NCBI RefSeq assembly: GCF_000012285.1
Contig: NC_007181.1
Span: forward strand, 1,440,001 to 1,472,000
Source: Sulfolobus acidocaldarius DSM 639
GTDB lineage: Archaea; Thermoproteota; Thermoprotei_A; Sulfolobales; Sulfolobaceae
DNA length: 32,000 nt
Reading direction: 5' to 3'
The notes beneath the pieces are model-generated. The model was not told the DNA's origin and did no database searches. It was given only the letters and a program-made list of their open reading frames with translations. Both the position numbers and the translations under genes were made by a program. Below are positions 25,796 through 32,000 of this stretch, piece after piece (the stretch's first letter is position 1; the number at the start of each line of letters is the position of its first letter).

Positions 25796-26929
25796 ATGTC
25801 CTATAAAAAAGCTATAACTAGAGTTCAAGCCATAGTAATAGTAGTAATAATAGTTATCGCAGTTGTAGGAGTGGCAGTCTACTTTCTAAGCCAGAAACCT
25901 TCTTCATCTCCTACTTCCAGTTCATCTACTTCCTCCTCTTCTTCAAATTCAGCATCATCTACTAGCCAAAGTGGGAATTTAGTTATATATGGCGCAGGAG
26001 CTTACGCAGCAATACTGAACTATCTAGCGAGTCAGTTTCAAAATCAGACAGGGATTCAAACGCACGTTAATCCAGGTGGGTCATTTGCTTTGGCAAGTCA
26101 AATCTCTCAGGGTTCACCTGTAGACGTCTTTGTGCCAGTTGCATTCATACAGGCTATTCCACTTGAGGGATCTGAAAACCCAGGTTGGACAATTGCTTTC
26201 CTATCAGACCAGATGACCATAGTCTACTCAAATTACACTGAAAGTGCTCCATACTGGAATCAGCTCTATTCCAACTACACTATGGCTATGAAAACCAATC
26301 AAACACAGTACTGGTATAACTTCTTCTATCTACTTTCAACTAAGTTCAGTTTGGGAATAGCTAATCCAAATACTGATCCTGAGGGGCTATATGCTTACTT
26401 GATTTTAAACATGGCTGGTTACCTATATGCTAACCACAACAGTAGCTACTTCACCGATCTGGTAAAGGCTAATCCAAATGTGAAGAGCGCTACAACAACT
26501 GCCGCTTTCGTATCTCCGCTAAAAGCAGGAGAGCTGGACTTCACGTTCTCCTATGTATCCTATGCTGTTTCTCAGAAGCTGGACTATTTAAAACTACCTC
26601 CTTGGCTGAGTTTCGGTTATTATCCTAATGAGACGCAGTGGTATAGTCAATTTTCCTATAACATTACAGTATCAGGAAAAACTCTCACTATTCACGGAAA
26701 TCCTGTGTACTTGTACATCACTGTACCACTCACCTCAACCAATCCCAATGCAGCATATCAGTTCATCCAGTTTATTCTGTCCCATGAGAGCGAGTTATCG
26801 CAGTTTGGTGTGACTCCAGTGTACCCGGCAGTACTATTTTACAACAACTCCACCTCACTACCCCAGCCTATAAACCAGCTATTGCAAAGTGGAGAGTTAA
26901 AATATGGAGGAACAATCCCAAGTATTTAA
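25796..26929 (+). CDS. Extracellular solute-binding protein, WtpA/ModA-like (oxyanion-binding PBP2 fold), with class III-like signal peptide and Ser/Thr linker
   Basis: MSYKKA|ITRVQAIVIVVIIVIAVVG, then PSSSPTSSSSTSSSSSNSASSTS. Further motifs are GGSFALASQISQGSPVDVFVPVA and GIANPNTDPEGLYAY, resembling ModA/WtpA anion-binding blocks. No permease or ATPase gene is adjacent. Confidence 0.65.
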   Translation: MSYKKAITRVQAIVIVVIIVIAVVGVAVYFLSQKPSSSPTSSSSTSSSSSNSASSTSQSGNLVIYGAGAYAAILNYLASQFQNQTGIQTHVNPGGSFALASQISQGSPVDVFVPVAFIQAIPLEGSENPGWTIAFLSDQMTIVYSNYTESAPYWNQLYSNYTMAMKTNQTQYWYNFFYLLSTKFSLGIANPNTDPEGLYAYLILNMAGYLYANHNSSYFTDLVKANPNVKSATTTAAFVSPLKAGELDFTFSYVSYAVSQKLDYLKLPPWLSFGYYPNETQWYSQFSYNITVSGKTLTIHGNPVYLYITVPLTSTNPNAAYQFIQFILSHESELSQFGVTPVYPAVLFYNNSTSLPQPINQLLQSGELKYGGTIPSI

Positions 26930-27049
26930 TTTTTTACTTATTACTTATTGACTGACTTCCCCCCCAAATGGCGTGGTTTTTCTCATACTGTGGGTTTTAT
27001 TTCTCCTTTGATATTAACGAGAGGGGAGAATTCTGCTTGTAAGCTAAGA

Positions 27050-28423
27050 CTAGTCTACACAACAACTCATTCTCTTTACGTCTCTCTCAAATGCTATTGC
27101 GGCGATTTTTAAGCTCTCTGACATTGTAGGGAATACGTGAATAGTATCGATTATATCATATATAGTAGCCCTAAACTTAATTGCAAGGGCTGCTTCATTA
27201 ATTATCTCAGCCGAGTTCTTACCAAATATTTCCGCACCTAGAATTCTCATATCTTCCCTGTTAACTACCATCTTAATTAAACCATGACTCTCTCTTAATA
27301 TCCTGGCTTTAGGAACACTTTCCATGTTAACTACCCTGTAATCCACAGTATATCCTGAGGACTCTGCCTCAACCTGAGTTAAACCAACTCTAGATACATT
27401 AGGATCAATGAAGACCACTTGTGGAATACTTAGCTTATCAATTTTTTTATGGGAGTTCAGTATCGCATTATCTACAGCTATAAAACCCTCCTTCCCTGCG
27501 ACGGATTCTAACATCTGCTCACCTATCACATCACCAGCGGCAAAGATGTTTGGATTCGTAGTTCTCAACTCTTCATCAACCTTTACTCCTCCCTTTTCGT
27601 TTAAACTGACCCCTGCGACATTCAAATTTAAGTCTACATTGGGTCTCCTTCCCGTTGCAACAAGTATCTCATCCACCTCTACTTCACCCATATCCGTTAT
27701 AATGACCTTCTGGTCATTCTTAGTCTCCACTTCTTTTACTTTAACCTGAGTAAAAACGGGTATCTCCTCCATATTTTCCAGGTAACTTTTGACCGACAGG
27801 GAGATCTCTGGTTCCCAGTTAGGTAAAATTCTATTACTCCTCTGGAGGATGACAGTGTCTACGCCTAATCTTTTATACATTTGTGAGAATTCAAGTGCCA
27901 ATGCCCTTCCCCCTATTATTGCCAATGAAGAAATCCTCCTTGTAGGGGATAGGGCTTCGACATTAGTCCAATAACCAGCTTCTCTCAAACCCTTAATATC
28001 AGGAATAGATGGTGATGAACCAGTTGCTATGATGAATTTTTTAGCCTCCACAATTTCCCCATTAACTTTAATGGCGTTAGGCGAAATAAAGTGAGCCCTG
28101 CCTTTGATCACTTTTGCATCGTAACTGTTTAATACATCCTCATATTTCTCCTTTCTGAGAGACGAGACTATTTCTGACTTATCTTCGAATGACTTCTCAA
28201 AGTTTGGCGTAGTCTTTTGATTTAAGGCTATTGAGGCGTACTTATAAGTTTCACCAATACTTAACAATCTCTTAGAAGGTACGCAGCCAACGTTCACACA
28301 AGTACCTCCAATTTCCCCATAGCCTATTATTACTGGTTTTATTCCCAGTTCGTTTGCCCTTATCAGTGCTGAGAAGCCTGCGGCACCATAACCTATTATT
28401 GCTAGGTCATACACTTTTCTCAC
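27050..28423 (-). CDS. merA: Mercuric reductase (core form without N-terminal HMA domain)
   Basis: GTG start immediately after an in-frame stop. DLAIIGYGAAG, redox-active GGTCVNVGCVPSK, and the C-terminal vicinal pair SCCVD diagnostic of MerA among disulfide reductases. Confidence 0.85.
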   Translation of the reverse strand: MRKVYDLAIIGYGAAGFSALIRANELGIKPVIIGYGEIGGTCVNVGCVPSKRLLSIGETYKYASIALNQKTTPNFEKSFEDKSEIVSSLRKEKYEDVLNSYDAKVIKGRAHFISPNAIKVNGEIVEAKKFIIATGSSPSIPDIKGLREAGYWTNVEALSPTRRISSLAIIGGRALALEFSQMYKRLGVDTVILQRSNRILPNWEPEISLSVKSYLENMEEIPVFTQVKVKEVETKNDQKVIITDMGEVEVDEILVATGRRPNVDLNLNVAGVSLNEKGGVKVDEELRTTNPNIFAAGDVIGEQMLESVAGKEGFIAVDNAILNSHKKIDKLSIPQVVFIDPNVSRVGLTQVEAESSGYTVDYRVVNMESVPKARILRESHGLIKMVVNREDMRILGAEIFGKNSAEIINEAALAIKFRATIYDIIDTIHVFPTMSESLKIAAIAFERDVKRMSCCVD

Positions 28424-28451
28424 CTATCTTCTTTATAGTTTTCCCGTGATT

Positions 28452-28476
28452 AAAGATAAAAAACAAAACTAAAAAA
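28452..28476 (-). terminator. T-tract (minus strand TTTTTTAGTTTTGTTTTTTATCTTT) directly after the merH-like stop and before merA
   Basis: Read directly from the sequence. Oligo-T tracts are the usual archaeal termination signal. Function here is inferred. Confidence 0.3.
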
Positions 28477-28620
28477 TTAAAAATTAAATTTCCTTTCAAA
28501 TTCATTTGAGCAGTCTGCACAGCAAAAGTAATGCTCTTTCCCTTTAATCATCCTAGTGTAAATATGTTCCTCTGTTAATTCCATGCCACAGTTTTCGCAC
28601 TTTAACTCATTTTTATTCAT
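28477..28620 (-). CDS. merH: 47-aa TRASH-domain metallochaperone-like protein (merH-like); absent from the ORF track
   Basis: My translation is MNKNELKCENCGMELTEEHIYTRMIKGKEHYFCCADCSNEFERKFNF. It has the C-x2-C...C-x3-C TRASH spacing (C8, C11, C33/C34, C37). It lies upstream of merA on the same strand, with a TATA-like element about 30 nt upstream. Confidence 0.7.
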   Translation of the reverse strand: MNKNELKCENCGMELTEEHIYTRMIKGKEHYFCCADCSNEFERKFNF

Positions 28621-28679
28621 TCTTATCTTAACCACTTCAAATCACATATACTATAACTTTTCACATATATAAATATTTA

Positions 28680-28701
28680 TTCATATGAACAAGTGTTCAT
28701 A
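28680..28701. promoter_or_regulatory. Overlapping palindromes TTCATATGAA and TATGAACA-AG-TGTTCATA in the merR/merH divergent intergenic region (candidate operator)
   Basis: Three ATGAA/TTCAT half-sites checked base by base. They lie 36-57 nt upstream of the regulator ATG and 60-81 nt upstream of the merH-like ATG. Confidence 0.45.
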
Positions 28702-28736
28702 AAAAGACTAATTAATAGGGCTTTTAATCTAATATC

Positions 28737-29135
28737 ATGGAACCGATTTTAAGCGAATTAGAATCATTCTTCTCGGCATTATCAGATAAGACTAGGCTAA
28801 GTATTGTGTTGTTTCTTCTGGAGAAAGAAGAGGTAACTGTTGATGAAATAAGTAGGACTTTAAACAAATCTCAATCCCTTATATCACATCATCTGGCTTG
28901 CCTAAGGAATTGTGGTATAGTTAAGGTAAGAAGGGAGGGAAAGTTCTCTTACTATTCTTTGGCTGACGAGGACATTAAGAACTTAGTTAAGAACGCCATA
29001 GAACACGTTAGGAAATATAGCAAGTCAATACTGGCATGTGAGGTTGTCAGTAATAGCAAACCAGAGAATCTTAGCGATAGAAAGATAGTTTTGCAAACTG
29101 ATCAGATTGAAACTGGTACTCCAGGCAATACATAA
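28737..29135 (+). CDS. merR: ArsR/SmtB-family winged-helix metalloregulator, divergent from merH-merA (archaeal mercury regulator candidate)
   Basis: ALSDKTRLSIVLFLLEKEEVTVDEISRTLNKSQSLISHHLACLRNCGIV is a canonical ArsR HTH with Cys residues in and after the recognition helix. The call also rests on its position next to merHA. Confidence 0.7.
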   Translation: MEPILSELESFFSALSDKTRLSIVLFLLEKEEVTVDEISRTLNKSQSLISHHLACLRNCGIVKVRREGKFSYYSLADEDIKNLVKNAIEHVRKYSKSILACEVVSNSKPENLSDRKIVLQTDQIETGTPGNT

Positions 29136-29147
29136 GGAGTCTGTATT

Positions 29148-30911
29148 CTAAGTGTTAATCTCACCAATTTTCCCTACCCTCTTCATCTCTTCTTTGTAAG
29201 CATTTAGTAGGTCATCGATAGTAATTATCCCTAAGAACACATTATGATTAACCACTGGAACCCACCTGCTTTTTAACCTACTCAATATTTCCCATGCTTC
29301 TTCAAGCGAAGAGTTAAGTGTTACATAAGGTGTTCCCCTAACCACGTATTTAATAACAGGGTCAGACGACGTTCTTCCCTCAATATCTTTCATGTATACT
29401 ATACCTATAAAGTTAGAATTATCGTCAACTACAGGTAAACTCAAAAGGTCTTTATCTCGCATTATTTTAAGAGCTTCCTTGACGCTAGTATATACCTTTA
29501 CTTTCACATCTTCAATACGACAAGAGCTTACTTTGATAAGGGTAAGAAGAGGGGTTTCATACTCTTGTAAGTGTGCAGGGGAGTCTCTTCTCGTTGGTAC
29601 TTGCGCTTGATAGATTGTATAATTACCCGAAATTAGATAGGATATTGCTACTGCTATCATAGCTCCCGGCAATAACTGTAAACTCCCCGTCATTTCCGTA
29701 ACCATTATTATCACTGATAAGGGTGCTTTTCCTGCTGCTGAGAAGAAGCTCATCATTCCTATGATCACAAAGGGAGATATATCTGGGACAATTGTTGGAA
29801 ATAGAAGATGGAACACTAAACCCACATCAGCTCCCATAAATGCGCCTATGAATAGACCAGGTGCGAAGACTCCTCCACTAGCTCCTGAACCAATAGAGAA
29901 GGAGGTTGCTAATATTTTTAGAAATGGAATTAATGCTAGAATAACGAAAAAGGGAAGTATAGGAGAGTAGAAACTAGAAAATTTTTCATATTCTACTAAA
30001 TTTATCCAACCATATCCCACACCCATAACCTCAGGCACAAGTAGTGCAATGGCTCCTGAGACTAGCCCACCTATCAATGGTTTAATATAATTTTTAGTTT
30101 TTAATTTCTTAAAGAACGAATTTATACCGTAAAAAGTTTTTACGTAGAGTATTGCCAGTAATCCTGAGATCACTCCTAAAATGGCGTACATAGGCAGTCT
30201 TAAAGGATTGAAAGAACCAGTGTAATATCCAAATACTGGTTCAAAACCAAAGATGGAACCGAAAATAGTGTACCCTATTGCTGAGGCAATTAATGTGGGG
30301 TAAATGACCTCAGGCTCTATATCTCTCTTATAGAGTATTTCCGCAGCTAAAATTGCCCCACCAATAGGTGTCTTGAAGATCGTTCCTATACCAGCACCTA
30401 TTCCCACTGCTACAGCTTTCCTTCTGTCTTCGGGTGATAGCTTTAACAAATCGGCTATAATTGATCCGACTCCTGCAGAAAACTGTGCAGTAGGTCCTTC
30501 CCTTCCTGCGCTTCCACCTGACCCTATTGTTATTGCTGAAGCAATGATTTTTACCGGTACAACTATCCACTTAATTTTACCTTGATAATAATGATATGCC
30601 TTTATTGCAGCGTCAGTGCCGTGACCTTCAGCTTCAGGAGCAAAAGTGTAAACAATTAAACCAGACAGTAATCCGCCTAAAGCAACCGAAAGGGGAATGA
30701 GGTAATATCTTCCACTGCTAAATACAAAGTTTAATGAACCACCTTCACCTAATGGTTTAGGAATGGAAATTGATACTAGGGAATATAAGAATAAGCCCTC
30801 AAATACATGAAGTAGTAGATAAAATGCAGTAGCTGCCAACCCTGCTATTATGCCGAGTATCACACCAAGGATGAACCACTTCTCAAAGTAGGGCAGAGAA
30901 GATAACTTCAT
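29148..30911 (-). CDS. ClC-family chloride channel / H+-Cl- antiporter with C-terminal CBS-domain pair
   Basis: [23 protein letters not shown], and a C-terminal tandem of CBS-like segments ([35 protein letters not shown]). Confidence 0.9.
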   Translation of the reverse strand: MKLSSLPYFEKWFILGVILGIIAGLAATAFYLLLHVFEGLFLYSLVSISIPKPLGEGGSLNFVFSSGRYYLIPLSVALGGLLSGLIVYTFAPEAEGHGTDAAIKAYHYYQGKIKWIVVPVKIIASAITIGSGGSAGREGPTAQFSAGVGSIIADLLKLSPEDRRKAVAVGIGAGIGTIFKTPIGGAILAAEILYKRDIEPEVIYPTLIASAIGYTIFGSIFGFEPVFGYYTGSFNPLRLPMYAILGVISGLLAILYVKTFYGINSFFKKLKTKNYIKPLIGGLVSGAIALLVPEVMGVGYGWINLVEYEKFSSFYSPILPFFVILALIPFLKILATSFSIGSGASGGVFAPGLFIGAFMGADVGLVFHLLFPTIVPDISPFVIIGMMSFFSAAGKAPLSVIIMVTEMTGSLQLLPGAMIAVAISYLISGNYTIYQAQVPTRRDSPAHLQEYETPLLTLIKVSSCRIEDVKVKVYTSVKEALKIMRDKDLLSLPVVDDNSNFIGIVYMKDIEGRTSSDPVIKYVVRGTPYVTLNSSLEEAWEILSRLKSRWVPVVNHNVFLGIITIDDLLNAYKEEMKRVGKIGEINT

Positions 30912-31108
30912 AGGATTAATAGATTCATAGGATTATTTTAAACCTAACTTAGAACCTATATAACTAAATTTGTTAATTTAAAGTGTATACATGCGCTGTA
31001 TTATAAAAATTTTCCTCAAAAAATCCAGTCATTCAAACGGAGAATATTAATATTTCTCATCTTCTTTCTATGCTTTTACCCATAAATTTTAAATTTTTTC
31101 CTTCTTTT

Positions 31109-31735
31109 TTACACAAACTTTACACTTATAGTCTTCTTACCCTCCACCCTCACTCTGTCTCCTTTCCCTATAGCATGAGGTCCAATGAACACACCTAAAG
31201 ACACATAACCCTCCATATCTTGTCTGACTACACTTGAGGGATTATAGGCAGGACCACCCTCTCCTACTAGCTTGTCATTTATAAAGAGTTTAAAGTTTCC
31301 GAAAGGTGGTTCTAATTGTTCCCCTACGAAAAGTCTTCCTGCGAATGCGTCATCAGCAATTATATAGTGTTCAGGGAGATTCCATGTGTTAAACCTAGTT
31401 GCTGGTATCTCAAGTCCCAGGTAAGTCTTTTCCACTTTACCTTTCTTCACAAGTGCTATAATTTCAACCTCTAACTTATGGGTCTTAAACCATAGTTCTA
31501 CTTCCTCATCAAATGTTATCATAGGTCTTGTTATCACTCCTAAAGCCTTTCCTTGAAGCGCTATTTTATATCCTACAAGTCCCTCATGATCAATTAACAT
31601 TTTCGAAAAGTCTTTGTAAACCTGATAGCCTTCTTCCTTCTCTAGGGAGAAAGGTTCTATTTCTTTCCTATTCTTATAGGCATCGAAAAGTAATTCTGCT
31701 TTGTTCATATATTCTATTAACACAACGTTCAACAA
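31109..31735 (-). CDS. 2-keto-4-pentenoate hydratase / 4-oxalocrotonate decarboxylase-like (MhpD-type, FAH superfamily) protein
   Basis: The pattern Y..Q......[31 protein letters not shown] resembles hydratase/decarboxylase family blocks. The start may be the ATG at 31708. Confidence 0.5.
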   Translation of the reverse strand: MLNVVLIEYMNKAELLFDAYKNRKEIEPFSLEKEEGYQVYKDFSKMLIDHEGLVGYKIALQGKALGVITRPMITFDEEVELWFKTHKLEVEIIALVKKGKVEKTYLGLEIPATRFNTWNLPEHYIIADDAFAGRLFVGEQLEPPFGNFKLFINDKLVGEGGPAYNPSSVVRQDMEGYVSLGVFIGPHAIGKGDRVRVEGKKTISVKFV

Positions 31736-31923
31736 AAACTTTTGTATTTACATTTAAAAGATAGTGTATATTGTTAGGGTTACCACTTCACCTGAGTAAT
31801 GGGAGACAGCTTTTGTGATTTACTTATCATTTTTTCTACAATTTTTTCTATTCTATAGGAGACACTTTAACTCATTGAAGATATAATGTGTATCTTTATT
31901 TTTGTTTCTACAATTTAATACTC

Positions 31924-32000
31924 ATGTTAGCAAGAGTACAGGACGAGGAAGAAAAGCTGATTCTCTCCACAGTTAACGAGCTTATGAAGAAATATGATGA
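31924..32000 (+). CDS. Start of an ORF running off the right edge (MLARVQDEEEKLILSTVNELMKKYD...)
   Basis: ATG with a T/A-rich element (CTTTATTTTT) about 27 nt upstream. Only 25 codons are visible and there is no function call. Confidence 0.3.
   Translation, partial: MLARVQDEEEKLILSTVNELMKKYD

Noticed and set aside
26930-27049. A search for a merI-like small gene downstream of merA.
   Set aside because: The only minus-strand ATG ORF there is 13 codons (MRKTTPFGGEVSQ), which is too short and featureless to call.
1-32000. A scan for CRISPR arrays, tRNA or rRNA genes, IS elements with terminal inverted repeats, and long tandem repeats.
   Set aside because: I found no regularly spaced 24-37 bp repeats, cloverleaf-like segments, transposase-like ORFs or long duplications by eye. 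A computational scan (tRNAscan-SE, CRISPR finders, ISfinder BLAST) would be needed to be definitive.

Overview
The window reads as chromosomal DNA from an AT-rich thermoacidophilic crenarchaeon, Sulfolobales-like. Supporting signs are A/T-rich TATA elements about 25-30 nt upstream of start codons (leaderless-style genes), GGTG-type Shine-Dalgarno motifs and 4-20 nt overlaps inside operons, K/R-A|I-S/T pilin-type signal peptides, Ser/Thr linkers, and an archaeal-style mer module with a TRASH-domain gene. I saw no rRNA, tRNA, CRISPR array or IS element. Layout: (1) 1-6705 holds six ORFs for Asn/Ser/Thr/Tyr-rich, sequon-dense proteins that begin with a hydrophobic helix. They fall into two paralog families, and no assembly ATPase or membrane platform gene is visible. 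One member is split by a -1 frameshift exactly at an A-AAA-AAT heptamer. This is the best candidate for an undescribed surface-structure or adhesin system. (2) 6.8-11.9 kb holds membrane proteins (including DUF998-like), an MDR alcohol dehydrogenase, an M19-type dipeptidase, a small CxxC HMA-like protein and a CaCA antiporter. (3) 12-14.4 kb holds a Hanks-type Ser/Thr kinase and a split coiled-coil plus PD-(D/E)xK gene. (4) 14.5-21.9 kb holds an MFS transporter, an ABC-2 exporter pair, an aldehyde dehydrogenase, an AzgA-type purine permease and an NDH-II-like flavoprotein. (5) 22.2-25.6 kb holds a translationally coupled rmlA-B-D-C dTDP-rhamnose operon. (6) 25.8-26.9 kb holds an orphan WtpA/ModA-like binding protein with a pilin-type signal peptide. 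(7) 27-29.1 kb holds merA, a 47-codon TRASH-domain merH-like ORF that the ORF track missed, and a divergent ArsR-type regulator with palindromic operator candidates. (8) 29.1-32 kb holds a ClC channel with CBS domains, an MhpD-like hydratase and the start of one further ORF. All calls come from reading translated motifs by eye. No database search was run.
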